Source of the DNA: a candidate division WWE3 bacterium RIFCSPHIGHO2_02_FULL_38_14
Lineage (GTDB): Bacteria > Patescibacteriota > WWE3 > UBA101185 > UBA10185
DNA length: 64,000 nucleotides
Direction: 5' to 3'
Assembly: GCA_001772865.1 (NCBI GenBank)
Contig: MEVD01000003.1
Coordinates: 62,812-126,811, forward strand
Under the pieces are notes generated by a model. That model had not been told where the DNA came from. It searched no databases and saw only the letters and a program-made list of their open reading frames with translations. Below are positions 11,018 through 20,430 of this stretch, piece after piece (position 1 is the first letter of the stretch; every line of letters begins with the position of its first letter). The position numbers were made by a program, and so were the translations under genes.

Positions 11018-12196
11018 ATGGCAGAATTCGTTAGAAATAAAGAGCATGTAAATGTCGGAACCATCGGGCACGTTGACCATGGTAAAACCACACTTACTGC
11101 AGCTATTACAAAGGTTTTAGCCGGAAAAGGCAAAGCCGAATACCGGGCTTATGAATCTATAGATAAAGCTCCCGAAGAAAGAGAAAGAGGAATCACAATT
11201 AATATTACTCACGTCGAATATGAAACCGACAAGAGGCATTACGCGCATATAGACGCTCCCGGGCATGCCGATTATATAAAAAACATGATTACCGGCGCAG
11301 CCCAAATGGATGGCGCAATATTGGTAGTATCCGCGCCCGACGGACCGATGCCTCAGACCCGAGAACATATTTTACTAGCTAAACAGGTAAACGTGCCTGC
11401 AATGGTCGTTTTCATGAATAAATGCGATATGGTTCAGGATAAAGAAATTCTTGATTTAGTAGAGCTTGAAATCAGGGAACTGTTGACCAAGTATGGTTTT
11501 GACGGAGAAAAAGTTCCTGTGATAAAAGGATCGGCTACAAAAGCTTTGGAAGGTGATGCCGAATCAGTTAAAGCTATTGAAGAACTGATGGAAGCAGTAG
11601 ACAACTATATTCCCTCACCGGTAAGAGATTTAGACAAACCGTTTTTAATGCCTGTAGAAGATGTTTTCTCTATCAGTGGTAGAGGAACTGTGGCTACCGG
11701 GAGAGTTGAAAGAGGATCAGTTAAATTGAGTGAAGAAGTGGAAATTGTAGGAATAAAAGACACCGTAAAAACGGTTGTAACCGGTATTGAAATGTTTAAG
11801 AAATCAATGCAGCAGACTCAGGCTGGGGATAATGTAGGGGTTTTACTGAGAGGCGTCGAAAGAGAAGGAATAGAAAGAGGTCAGGTATTAGCTAAACCAG
11901 GCAGCGTAAAACCTCACACCGAATTTGAAGCACAAGTTTATGTCCTTTCTAAAGAAGAAGGCGGAAGACATAAGCAGTTCTTTAGCGGCTACAGACCGCA
12001 GTTTTATTTAAGAACTACGGATGTTACAGGTGAAATTACTCTTCCCGAAGGTGTAGAAATGGTTATGCCCGGAGATGACGTAAAAATTAAAGTTAAATTA
12101 ATAACCCCGGTTGCATTGGAAGAAGGTCTTAGATTTGCTGTCAGAGAAGGTGGACATACGGTTGGTGCTGGAGTAATCACCAAGATCAACGCTTAA
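11018..12196 (+). CDS. tuf: Elongation factor Tu
   Basis: [17 protein letters not shown] and NKCD motifs. Confidence 0.99.
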   Translation: MAEFVRNKEHVNVGTIGHVDHGKTTLTAAITKVLAGKGKAEYRAYESIDKAPEERERGITINITHVEYETDKRHYAHIDAPGHADYIKNMITGAAQMDGAILVVSAPDGPMPQTREHILLAKQVNVPAMVVFMNKCDMVQDKEILDLVELEIRELLTKYGFDGEKVPVIKGSATKALEGDAESVKAIEELMEAVDNYIPSPVRDLDKPFLMPVEDVFSISGRGTVATGRVERGSVKLSEEVEIVGIKDTVKTVVTGIEMFKKSMQQTQAGDNVGVLLRGVEREGIERGQVLAKPGSVKPHTEFEAQVYVLSKEEGGRHKQFFSGYRPQFYLRTTDVTGEITLPEGVEMVMPGDDVKIKVKLITPVALEEGLRFAVREGGHTVGAGVITKINA

Positions 12197-12214
12197 GTTG
12201 AAGAGTGAACTTTG

Positions 12215-12243
12215 GATGCCCTCAATAACATGAGGGCATCTTG
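12215..12243 (+). terminator. Strong hairpin between tuf and rpsJ (weak terminator or processing signal)
   Basis: Perfect 10 bp stem GATGCCCTCA/TGAGGGCATC with a 6 nt loop; only a short T tail. Confidence 0.5.
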
Positions 12244-12253
12244 ATTAATAGTT

Positions 12254-12577
12254 ATGGCAAAGTCACAGAGCAAAGAGTCAAAAATCAGAATAAAGCTTAA
12301 ATCTTATGACAGCAGAATCATGGATTTAAGCTGCACAAAAATTGTTGATACAGCTATAAGAACCGGTGCAAAAGTTGTAGGGCCGGTACCTTTGCCTACA
12401 AAAATAGAGAAGTTTACAGTTATTAGAGGACCGCATATTGACAAAAGGTCGAGGGAGCAATTTGAGCTTAGAACTCACAAAAGAGTGTTGGATATTTTAA
12501 ATCCTACCGGTTCTACGATAGAAAGTCTTTCTCATTTAAGCTTACCGGCAGGTGTAGATATCTCTATAAAGATGTAA
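12254..12577 (+). CDS. rpsJ: 30S ribosomal protein S10
   Basis: [16 protein letters not shown] and [11 protein letters not shown] motifs. Confidence 0.98.
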   Translation: MAKSQSKESKIRIKLKSYDSRIMDLSCTKIVDTAIRTGAKVVGPVPLPTKIEKFTVIRGPHIDKRSREQFELRTHKRVLDILNPTGSTIESLSHLSLPAGVDISIKM

Positions 12578-12818
12578 AAGCTTGCTCACCGCCAAGGCGG
12601 TTGCGCTTCCTTTTGCATTTTCTCTATACAAAAATGTGATGATTTCATCATCCGTACGCTTTCGCGAACTAGAAGCGTATAATACAGTTTTCATTTTCGC
12701 TACGCGAAAAAGTGACGTAACTGGGTAGATTGGTTTTTAGGCGTTTTATTGATAAAATGGGCAAGATGCATAACAGCAGAAGTTAAAAAAGCAAAAAGGG
12801 CACTTTACTATTGACGTT

Positions 12819-12842
12819 AAGGCGCCCCGGCGCCTTTTTTTA
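12819..12842 (+). terminator. Intrinsic terminator or attenuator immediately upstream of rplC
   Basis: GGCGC-cccg-GCGCC stem, extendable by AA/TT, followed by an 8-T run. Confidence 0.7.
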
Positions 12843-12872
12843 TTGATTGAATTAGAGAAATTATGAGGAACT

Positions 12873-13301
12873 ATGGAACAAATTATAAAAGGAATAAAAC
12901 AGAATATGTCACAGATTTTTCTCGAAAGCGGAAATGTAATTCCTGTCACTATTATTAAAACCGAATCGGATATTTCCGAAGATTTGTTAAATAAATCAGT
13001 AGTTCTTACAGGCAAGTCTAAAGGAAAAGGATTTGCAGGAGTAATGAAGAGATGGAATTTTGCAGGTGTCGGTGAGGCTACTAGAGGCCAGTCGAATAAA
13101 CAAAGATCGGGCGGATCAATAGGCAGTCAGACACCGGGAAGAGTGTTAAAAGGGAAAAAAATGGCAGGTAGGCTTGGAAATAAAAAAGTTACTGTAAAAG
13201 GTTTGAGAATAGTGGAAATTGCAATAGATAAAAAGGAATTAAAAGTTTCTGGACCGGTGCCTGGGGCTAGAAATTCCACAATATTTTTAAGGATATTATG
13301 A
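12873..13301 (+). CDS. rplC: 50S ribosomal protein L3, internally shortened (142 aa)
   Basis: MSQIF..GNVIPVTII, TGKSKGKGFAGVMKRWNF, TPGRVLKGKKMAG and GPVPG motifs; position in the S10 cluster. Confidence 0.95.
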   Translation: MEQIIKGIKQNMSQIFLESGNVIPVTIIKTESDISEDLLNKSVVLTGKSKGKGFAGVMKRWNFAGVGEATRGQSNKQRSGGSIGSQTPGRVLKGKKMAGRLGNKKVTVKGLRIVEIAIDKKELKVSGPVPGARNSTIFLRIL

Positions 13302-13927
13302 AGTCACAAGTTTTGGATAACAAAGGAATAAAAATTGAAGACATTATATTAAGTGATGATGTATTCGGTGTTAAGCCAAAAGCGGATTTAATTGCTCAGT
13401 ATGTAAGAGTATATTTATCAAATAACAGGCAAGGTACCTCTTCTGCCAAAACAAGGGCGGAAGTATCGGGAGGCGGTAAGAAACCCTGGAAACAAAAGGG
13501 TACGGGAAGAGCCAGAGTAGGGTCTTCCAGAAATCCGCTTTGGAGACATGGGGGAATTTCCCACGGTCCCAAACCTAAAGATTGGACCTTGTATATGCCT
13601 AAAAAAATGAAGAGACTCGCAACCGTTATGGCACTTTCCTCTAAAGCACTTTCCGAAAATTTAAAAATACTTTCAGAAATAAATTTAAATAAAATTAAAA
13701 CAAAAAATATCAAAGACCTGCTGGACACTTTAAAACTAAGCGGCAGAACTTTGATAGTCACGGAAAAAAAGAATGACAACATACTAAAAAGCGTTTCCAA
13801 TTTAAAATATGTGGATTTAAGTTTTGTTGGAACTCTCAATGCTTATGAAATATTAAAGTCAAAGAACCTGGTTATATTAAAAGATGCTGTGAAAAATTTA
13901 GAGAAAAAATACCATGCAGCTAAATAA
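13298..13927 (+). CDS. rplD: 50S ribosomal protein L4
   Basis: KTRAEVSGGGKKPWKQKGTGRAR motif. Confidence 0.98.
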   Translation: MKSQVLDNKGIKIEDIILSDDVFGVKPKADLIAQYVRVYLSNNRQGTSSAKTRAEVSGGGKKPWKQKGTGRARVGSSRNPLWRHGGISHGPKPKDWTLYMPKKMKRLATVMALSSKALSENLKILSEINLNKIKTKNIKDLLDTLKLSGRTLIVTEKKNDNILKSVSNLKYVDLSFVGTLNAYEILKSKNLVILKDAVKNLEKKYHAAK

Positions 13928-14213
13928 TGTTTTGCAAAAACCGGTGATTACTGAAAAAAGTGTTGCTTTAACCGACACGCAGAACAGGTATGTTTTTAAA
14001 GTTAGAAGTGATGCCACAAAAGGAAAAATAGCGGATGAAGTAGAAAAAACATTTAAAGTCGATGTTCTGGACGTTAAAACAATTATGATGCCCGGCAAAA
14101 AAAGAAGGATAGCGAAAACTTTTAGATTCAGAAAAACTAAGGGATGGAAAAAAGCGATAGTGAAAATAAAAGCAGATCAAAAAATTGACATAGTTTCCAA
14201 AGAAGGCAAGTAA
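13914..14213 (+). CDS. rplW: 50S ribosomal protein L23
   Basis: PVITEKS and WKKAIV motifs; gene order. Confidence 0.97.
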   Translation: MQLNNVLQKPVITEKSVALTDTQNRYVFKVRSDATKGKIADEVEKTFKVDVLDVKTIMMPGKKRRIAKTFRFRKTKGWKKAIVKIKADQKIDIVSKEGK

Positions 14214-14217
14214 AAAA

Positions 14218-15036
14218 ATGATAAAAACATACAACCCTACCAGCGCAGGAATAAGAACCAGAAAATCTCTCGTGAGAGAATTGTCTTTTGACAAACCCGA
14301 AAAAAAGTTAATAAAAAGTTTAAAAGGACCGGCCGGCAGAAATAAAGGTAGGATTTCAAGCAGGCACAGAGAGCGTGGCTCAAAAAAACATTACCGGATT
14401 ATTGATTTTAAGAGGAATAAGATTAATATACCGGCAAGAATCGCCTCTATTGAATATGATCCCAACAGAGGACCGAATATAGCCTTGCTTAATTATGCCG
14501 ACGGCGAAAAAAGATATATTCTTGCACCGGAGGGGTTGAAAGTTGGGATGACAGTAGTTTCAAGCGAAAAAGCCGAAGCTAATTTAGGTAATTCGCTTCC
14601 CATAGGAAATATACCTTTGGGGGTATTTGTTCATAATATAGAAATCAATCCCGGTCGGGGAGGGCAAATAGTAAGAGGAGCGGGAAATTATGCCCAAATA
14701 ATGGCTAAAGAAGGCGGTTATGTAAATATTAAGCTACCGAGCGGTGAGATTAAAAAAGTTATGGTATCATGTTATGCTACTGTTGGAGTGTTGAGTAATC
14801 CGGACTTAAGAAATGTAAGACTGGGAAAAGCAGGTAGGAATCGACATTTAGGGAACAGACCTCACATAAGAGGTGTAGCAATAGCTAATCCTTCAGATCA
14901 TCCGCACGGCGGTTCATATAAAGATTCAGGAATAGGTATGCCTTCTCCTAAATCACCGTGGGGATGGAAAACCAGAGGTGTGAGAACCAGAAAAAGAGCG
15001 CATACAAACAAGTTTATAGTGAAAAGGAGGAAATAA
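14218..15036 (+). CDS. rplB: 50S ribosomal protein L2
   Basis: IEYDPNR and DHPHGG motifs. Confidence 0.98.
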   Translation: MIKTYNPTSAGIRTRKSLVRELSFDKPEKKLIKSLKGPAGRNKGRISSRHRERGSKKHYRIIDFKRNKINIPARIASIEYDPNRGPNIALLNYADGEKRYILAPEGLKVGMTVVSSEKAEANLGNSLPIGNIPLGVFVHNIEINPGRGGQIVRGAGNYAQIMAKEGGYVNIKLPSGEIKKVMVSCYATVGVLSNPDLRNVRLGKAGRNRHLGNRPHIRGVAIANPSDHPHGGSYKDSGIGMPSPKSPWGWKTRGVRTRKRAHTNKFIVKRRK

Positions 15037-15311
15037 TGAGATCTCTGAAAAAAGGTGTCTATTTAGATGCCGGATTAATGGAAAAAGTAGTTAAAATGAA
15101 AGCTTCCAAAGCAAATAAACCCATTAAAACCTGGGCCAGAAGATCTACAGTTACCCCTGAAATGGTTGGAATGACCTTTGAAGTTCACAACGGAAAGCAG
15201 CATTTGCCTGTATATATTACCGAAGCTATGGTAGGACACAAATTAGGTGAATTTGCGCCGACCAGAAAATTTAGAGCTCATTCATCAAAGAAAGGAACCT
15301 CGGAAGCGTGA
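15036..15311 (+). CDS. rpsS: 30S ribosomal protein S19 (true start is the ATG overlapping the rplB stop, TAATG)
   Basis: MRSLKKG, KTWARRS, VHNGK and [11 protein letters not shown] motifs; AAGGAGG upstream. Confidence 0.97.
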   Translation: MRSLKKGVYLDAGLMEKVVKMKASKANKPIKTWARRSTVTPEMVGMTFEVHNGKQHLPVYITEAMVGHKLGEFAPTRKFRAHSSKKGTSEA

Positions 15312-15673
15312 ACAATAAAGCATTAGTTTATTCAAAATTTAATAATGCGGGAATATCGCCAAAAAAGGTTGCCCCAGTGATGGATTTAGTAAGGGGGAAA
15401 AATGCAAACGAAGCCAAACTGGTGCTTTTATTTGACAGGACAAAGGCGGGGGCGTTGCTTCTGAAAACGCTAAAATCGGCGATAGCTAACGCAAAAAATA
15501 ATTTGAATATTAATGTTGATGATTTATTTATTTCACATCTGCAAGTAAATGAAGGCCGTAAAATGAAAACGGGCATGTTTGCCGCTAAGGGCAGGTTCAG
15601 GCCATTATTAAAAAGAAGAAGCCATATAATACTGGGTTTATCTAAAAAGGAAGGTTCCAAAGGAGAAAAGTAA
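15308..15673 (+). CDS. rplV: 50S ribosomal protein L22
   Basis: ISPKKV, KSAIANA and KRRSHI motifs. Confidence 0.95.
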   Translation: MNNKALVYSKFNNAGISPKKVAPVMDLVRGKNANEAKLVLLFDRTKAGALLLKTLKSAIANAKNNLNINVDDLFISHLQVNEGRKMKTGMFAAKGRFRPLLKRRSHIILGLSKKEGSKGEK

Positions 15674-15675
15674 AA

Positions 15676-16308
15676 ATGGGACAGAAAATAAATCCTTACG
15701 GATACAGGCTAGGAATATCAAAAAACTGGATGTCCAGATGGTACTCAGACAAAAAGCAATATGGGGACATTGTGCTGGAGGATATGAAAATCAGAAAATA
15801 TTTAGAAAAAAAGTTTGAAATGGCAGGTGTTAAATCAATAGAAATTGAAAGGTCGGTTAACGAGGTAAATATTATTGTAAAAGTGGCAAAGCCGGGTGTA
15901 GTTATCGGAAAAGGCGGATCGGGAGTAGAAGATGCTGAAAAGGAACTTAAGAAAATTACCAAATCTAAAATAAGATTGACTGCAGAGGAAGTGAAAAATC
16001 CCGAAGTGGAAGCCCAGCTTGTCGCCGATTATATTTCAAGGCAGTTAAAGAGAAGACTGCCCTATAGAAGGATAGTTATAGCGGCAATTTCTTCAGCAAG
16101 AGATAAAGGCGCCAAGGGAATTAAAATAAAGCTTGCGGGACTTTTAAGCGGAGGAAACTCAATATCCAGATCTGAAACATTTTTAGACGGATCAATTCCG
16201 TCTCAAACACTAAGAGCTGATGTAGATTATGCGCAGGTTCACTGTCAGATGCTTTTCGGAACCATCGGGATTAAAGTGTGGATTTTCAAGGGAGAAGCGG
16301 TAATTTAA
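15676..16308 (+). CDS. rpsC: 30S ribosomal protein S3
   Basis: [15 protein letters not shown]-domain PGVVIGKGG and TLRADVDY motifs. Confidence 0.98.
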   Translation: MGQKINPYGYRLGISKNWMSRWYSDKKQYGDIVLEDMKIRKYLEKKFEMAGVKSIEIERSVNEVNIIVKVAKPGVVIGKGGSGVEDAEKELKKITKSKIRLTAEEVKNPEVEAQLVADYISRQLKRRLPYRRIVIAAISSARDKGAKGIKIKLAGLLSGGNSISRSETFLDGSIPSQTLRADVDYAQVHCQMLFGTIGIKVWIFKGEAVI

Positions 16309-16324
16309 ATACAGCTTTATATTT

Positions 16325-16732
16325 ATGTTATTACCGAAAAAGGTTAAGTTTAGAAAACAGCAGAGAGGTACAAATAGAGGGCTTGCGATCAGAGGTTCTT
16401 TTATTTCCTTCGGTGATTATGCCTTAAAATCAGTAGACAGAGGTCTTCTGACTTCCAGACAAATTGAGGCCGCCCGAAAAGCTATAAGCCATGAAACTAA
16501 AAGGGGAGGGAAGCTTTGGATAAGAGTATTTCCAGATAAAGCGGTATCAAAAAAGCCGAACGAAACAAGAATGGGGAGCGGAAAATCCCCCACGGATCAT
16601 TATGCTGCTGTCATTAAGCCGGGGAAAATAGTTTTTGAATTGGGGGGAGTTACCGAAGAAACCGCCAGAAATGCTTTTTATAAAGCATCTGCTAAACTTC
16701 CCTTAAAAATGAGGTTTATATCAAAAGAATAA
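16325..16732 (+). CDS. rplP: 50S ribosomal protein L16
   Basis: QIEAAR, WIRVFPD and RMGSGK motifs. Confidence 0.98.
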   Translation: MLLPKKVKFRKQQRGTNRGLAIRGSFISFGDYALKSVDRGLLTSRQIEAARKAISHETKRGGKLWIRVFPDKAVSKKPNETRMGSGKSPTDHYAAVIKPGKIVFELGGVTEETARNAFYKASAKLPLKMRFISKE

Positions 16733-16733
16733 T

Positions 16734-16949
16734 ATGAAAAGCTCTGATTTAAGAAATAAAAGTGAAAAAGAATTAAAAGATTTGATACAAAAAACCGCTA
16801 AAGAACTGGAAGATGTGGTGACTGACGTAATTAAAGGAAAAGAAAAAAATATTAGAAAAATAAGACCGCTCAAAAAAGATATTGCAAGATTAAAAACATT
16901 ACTTAGTGAAAAAGAGTTTTTGAGCAAGGGAGGAAATATTAATGCCTAA
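16734..16949 (+). CDS. rpmC: 50S ribosomal protein L29
   Basis: DLRNKS..EL and KKDIARLKT motifs; gene order. Confidence 0.93.
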   Translation: MKSSDLRNKSEKELKDLIQKTAKELEDVVTDVIKGKEKNIRKIRPLKKDIARLKTLLSEKEFLSKGGNINA

Positions 16950-17190
16950 AAAAATGTTTAAAGGAAAAATAGTTTCGGAAAAAATGAATAAAACAGTAAT
17001 AGTTGCGGTTGAATTTCCCAAGAGACATCCCAAGTATGCAAAAAGTATTAAAAATACAAAAAGGTTTAAGGCCAGAAATGAAAAAAACATAAAATTAGGG
17101 GATATTGTTTTAATAGAAGAATCCAGACCCTACGCCAAAAATGTTAACTGGAAAGTTATAGAAATAAATCCTACCAAGAAAGAAAAATAA
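16942..17190 (+). CDS. rpsQ: 30S ribosomal protein S17
   Basis: GKIVSEKMNKTVIV, HPKY and GDIVLIEESRP motifs. Confidence 0.97.
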   Translation: MPKKMFKGKIVSEKMNKTVIVAVEFPKRHPKYAKSIKNTKRFKARNEKNIKLGDIVLIEESRPYAKNVNWKVIEINPTKKEK

Positions 17191-17191
17191 T

Positions 17192-17557
17192 ATGTTGCAG
17201 AGAGGATCAATTATTGTACCAGCAGACAACTCGGGAGCTAAAGTGTTAAAAATCATCGGGATTCCGGGAACAAATAGAAAATCCGCGGGATTGGGCGATA
17301 TTATAACTGCAGCTGTAAACGGAGCTTCTTCTACTGGGTATGTTAAGGATCACTCGATTGTGAAAGCAATAATTGTTCGTACTAAAAAAGAAGTTAGAAG
17401 AAAGGACGGAAGCTATATCAGATTTTCGGATAATGCTGCAGTTGTAATTGATAAAGATGAAAATATGATAGGAACCAGGATTTTTGGTCCGATTGCGAGA
17501 GAAATCAGGGACAGAGGAATGCTGAAAATAGTTTCACTTGCCAAGGAGGTTTGGTAA
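17192..17557 (+). CDS. rplN: 50S ribosomal protein L14
   Basis: ADNSGA and GTRIFGPIARE motifs. Confidence 0.98.
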   Translation: MLQRGSIIVPADNSGAKVLKIIGIPGTNRKSAGLGDIITAAVNGASSTGYVKDHSIVKAIIVRTKKEVRRKDGSYIRFSDNAAVVIDKDENMIGTRIFGPIAREIRDRGMLKIVSLAKEVW

Positions 17558-17565
17558 AAATTCTT

Positions 17566-17883
17566 ATGAGGATACATAAAGGAGATAAAGTAAAAGTTAT
17601 AACAGGAAAAGATAAAGGGAAAGAAGGTAAAGTTCTCGCGGTATATTTATCTAAAAATAAGGTGCTGATTGAAGGAGTCAACAAAGTAAAAAGGCATGTA
17701 AAGCCCGGGACAGTATCAAAAGAGGGAGGAATTGTTGTGGTTGAAAAACCGATAAATGTATCAAATGTAATGTTTATAGACAGCACGTCGGGCAATCCCG
17801 TAAGAATAGGTTTTAAGATAGTCGACGGAAAAAAATATAGAATTAACAAAAAATCGGAGGAGATTATAGGAAAGGCAAAATAA
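17566..17883 (+). CDS. rplX: 50S ribosomal protein L24
   Basis: KOW motif GDKVKVITGKDKGKEG; the ATG at 17566 fits homolog length. Confidence 0.97.
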   Translation: MRIHKGDKVKVITGKDKGKEGKVLAVYLSKNKVLIEGVNKVKRHVKPGTVSKEGGIVVVEKPINVSNVMFIDSTSGNPVRIGFKIVDGKKYRINKKSEEIIGKAK

Positions 17884-17924
17884 AGTTTTATTCAGCGGGA
17901 TTCGCTACTGAGGTTTTGAATAAT

Positions 17925-18470
17925 ATGGAAAACAGGTTATATAAAACATATAAAGAAAAAATGGCGCAGGATCTTAAAAAACAGTTGAGTCTGGAGAATA
18001 TTATGCAAGTGCCTAAAATAAAGAAAATTAATATTAATGCTGGTATAGGCGGTTTCAAGGAAAATCGAGAAGCAACCGAGTCTTTTATAAATGAGCTGGC
18101 TGACATAACAAGTCAAAAACCTTATTACAGGAAAGCGAGGCTTTCAGAAGCGGGTTTTAAGATAAAAAAAGGCGATGTAGTAGGGTATTCAGTAACATTA
18201 AGAGGATATAAAATGTGGGCTTTCCTCGATAAACTGATAAATATAGTGCTGCCCCGCGTCAGGGATTTCAGGGGGTTAAGCAGAGATTCTTTCGATAACA
18301 GCGGGAACTACTCGCTTGGAATTAGAGAACATGTTATATTTCCCGAAGTTAATCCTAACGCGACCAGGGGAATCAGAAGCCTGCAAGTGACAATAGTAAT
18401 GAATTCTAATAACAAAGAGAGAAATACAGCTTTGTTGGAGAAAATGGGATTTCCGTTTAAAAAGGTATAA
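17925..18470 (+). CDS. rplE: 50S ribosomal protein L5
   Basis: [21 protein letters not shown] and GNYSLGI motifs. Confidence 0.97.
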   Translation: MENRLYKTYKEKMAQDLKKQLSLENIMQVPKIKKININAGIGGFKENREATESFINELADITSQKPYYRKARLSEAGFKIKKGDVVGYSVTLRGYKMWAFLDKLINIVLPRVRDFRGLSRDSFDNSGNYSLGIREHVIFPEVNPNATRGIRSLQVTIVMNSNNKERNTALLEKMGFPFKKV

Positions 18471-18472
18471 AA

Positions 18473-18658
18473 ATGGCAAGAAAATCTTTTATTGAAAGAC
18501 ACAAAAAACCTAAAAAATTTAAAGTGAGAGAATATAACAGGTGTTCGGTCTGCGGCAATCCCCGCGGTTATATGCGTAAATTTAAAATGTGCAGAAAATG
18601 TTTTAGGGAGCTTGTTCACAAAGGATTTCTGCCCGGAGTAAAAAAGTCAAGCTGGTAA
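18473..18658 (+). CDS. rpsZ: 30S ribosomal protein S14, zinc-binding (C+) type
   Basis: 61 aa; [14 protein letters not shown] and PGVKKSSW motifs. Confidence 0.96.
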   Translation: MARKSFIERHKKPKKFKVREYNRCSVCGNPRGYMRKFKMCRKCFRELVHKGFLPGVKKSSW

Positions 18659-18662
18659 ATAT

Positions 18663-19061
18663 ATGTTAAATGATAGATTGGCAAATATGCTAAGTACAAT
18701 TAAAAATGCGTATGCTGTAAGCAAACCTTCTGTTGAAGTAGCGCATTCTAAACAAATTGAGGAGGTTGCAAAAGTACTTGAAAAGGCCGGTTTTCTGAAA
18801 AGTGTAAAGGTGTTTAAAGAAAGCGGGGAATCTTTTAAAAAGCTTCATATTGATTTGATATATGAGGATGGAAGGGCAAAAGTTTCAGATATTAGTCGTG
18901 TTTCAAAGCCCGGGAGAAGAGTTTACAAAAACTATCGGGATATGAAACCTGTATTAGGAGGTTTTGGAGTTTCCGTCGTATCAACTTCCAGAGGCATAAT
19001 GTCTGGTTCAGACGCTAAAAAGAGAAAGCTGGGTGGGGAAATTATTTGTACTGCCTGGTAA
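18663..19061 (+). CDS. rpsH: 30S ribosomal protein S8
   Basis: SKPGRRVY, STSRGIM and LGGEII motifs. Confidence 0.97.
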   Translation: MLNDRLANMLSTIKNAYAVSKPSVEVAHSKQIEEVAKVLEKAGFLKSVKVFKESGESFKKLHIDLIYEDGRAKVSDISRVSKPGRRVYKNYRDMKPVLGGFGVSVVSTSRGIMSGSDAKKRKLGGEIICTAW

Positions 19062-19068
19062 TAAAAAT

Positions 19069-19608
19069 ATGTCAAGGATAGGAAAGAAAAACATTTTGAT
19101 ACCTCATGGAGTTACGGTTTCGGTAAACGGCCAAAATGTTGAGGTAAAAGGTGTAAAAGGAAATCTTTTAGTAAAAGTGAGGCCGGAAATTAAAGTGCAG
19201 GTGGAGGACAATCTGATAAAATCCAGCATTTTAAGAGAAACTAAGGAAACGAACGCATTTTGGGGAACAACAAATGCAACTATTTTGAATGCAATAAAAG
19301 GAGTAAGCGAGGGATTTGAGAAAAAACTTGAGCTGGTAGGAGTTGGCTACAGAGCTAAATTGGACGGCAATAATCTCTCTCTTTCTTTGGGTTTTTCTCA
19401 TCCGATTGTTTTTGAGCCTATAGAGGGGATAAAATTTGTAGTTCCGGATCAGCAAAACGTAATTATAACCGGCATTGATAAACAAAAAGTTGGTTTGGTT
19501 GCTTCAAAAATTAGAAAAATAAGAAAGCCGGAACCTTACAAAGGCAAAGGTATAAAATATACAAACGAAGTTATAAGAAGAAAAGCCGGCAAGTCGGGAA
19601 AGGCGTAA
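19069..19608 (+). CDS. rplF: 50S ribosomal protein L6
   Basis: MSRIGK start at 19069; GVGYRA and PEPYKGKGI motifs. Confidence 0.98.
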   Translation: MSRIGKKNILIPHGVTVSVNGQNVEVKGVKGNLLVKVRPEIKVQVEDNLIKSSILRETKETNAFWGTTNATILNAIKGVSEGFEKKLELVGVGYRAKLDGNNLSLSLGFSHPIVFEPIEGIKFVVPDQQNVIITGIDKQKVGLVASKIRKIRKPEPYKGKGIKYTNEVIRRKAGKSGKA

Positions 19609-19609
19609 T

Positions 19610-19969
19610 ATGTATAAAGTAATTTTAAGAAAAGACAGAAGAATAAAAAGAAAACTAAAAATAAGAAGCAAAATATTAGGCACATCCAAAAAACCCAGAC
19701 TGTCGGTATTCAGGTCGCTACGATATACATATGCGCAGTTAATAGATGACTCTAAAGGTAAAACTATTGTTGATATTTCCAATTCTATAAAGAAATACCA
19801 TGACGGGAAAAATAAATCACAGGCAGCCTATGAGTTGGGTAAGTTAATAGCAGAAAAAGCACTTAAAAAAGGTATTATTGAAGCAGTATTTGACAGAAAT
19901 GGTTATAGATATCACGGCAGAATCAAAAGACTAGCCGAAGGGGCGAAGGAAGGCGGTTTAAAAGTATGA
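19610..19969 (+). CDS. rplR: 50S ribosomal protein L18
   Basis: PRLSVFRS and VFDRNGYRYHGR motifs. Confidence 0.97.
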   Translation: MYKVILRKDRRIKRKLKIRSKILGTSKKPRLSVFRSLRYTYAQLIDDSKGKTIVDISNSIKKYHDGKNKSQAAYELGKLIAEKALKKGIIEAVFDRNGYRYHGRIKRLAEGAKEGGLKV

Positions 19970-20412
19970 AAGAAACAAGAGAATTTAGAGAATTTGAAGA
20001 GAAAGTCATTCAAATTAAAAGAGTTTCAAAAAAAACCAGCGGCGGAAACAGTATCGGATTCAGCGCACTTGTCGTGGTGGGCGATAAAAAGGGTAGAGCA
20101 GGAGTGGGGTTAGGTAAAGCTAAAGATGTGAGTTCTGCAGTGCAGAAGGCAGTTACTCAAGCTAAAAGGAATATGGTTAAAATAAATTTAAAAAACACCA
20201 CAATTGCACACGAAGTTCATTCAAAATTCGGATCAGCGGTGGTATTTTTAAAGCCCGCCCCCAAAGGTTCGGGAATAATTGCAGGAGGAGCCGTAAGAGT
20301 AGTACTGGAATTGGTAGGCATAAAGGATATTTCGGCTAAAATGCTTGGGTCCAATAACAGATCCAGCAACTTAAATTGCGCTTTGGAGGCATTAAAAAAG
20401 CTGAAATCATAA
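19966..20412 (+). CDS. rpsE: 30S ribosomal protein S5
   Basis: FSALVVVGD and GSGIIAGGAVR motifs. Confidence 0.97.
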   Translation: MKETREFREFEEKVIQIKRVSKKTSGGNSIGFSALVVVGDKKGRAGVGLGKAKDVSSAVQKAVTQAKRNMVKINLKNTTIAHEVHSKFGSAVVFLKPAPKGSGIIAGGAVRVVLELVGIKDISAKMLGSNNRSSNLNCALEALKKLKS

Positions 20413-20430
20413 AATTTCAGGAATTAATAT

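Noticed and set aside
12746-13015. 89 aa minus-strand ORF across the rplC leader
   Set aside because: Antisense to rplC and its terminator; no recognisable motif.
14958-15035. N-terminal extension of S19; similar extensions at 17551, 17916, 19033, 42932, 45071, 46421 and 48382
   Set aside because: Mostly overlap the upstream gene; a downstream ATG better matches family length and coupling.
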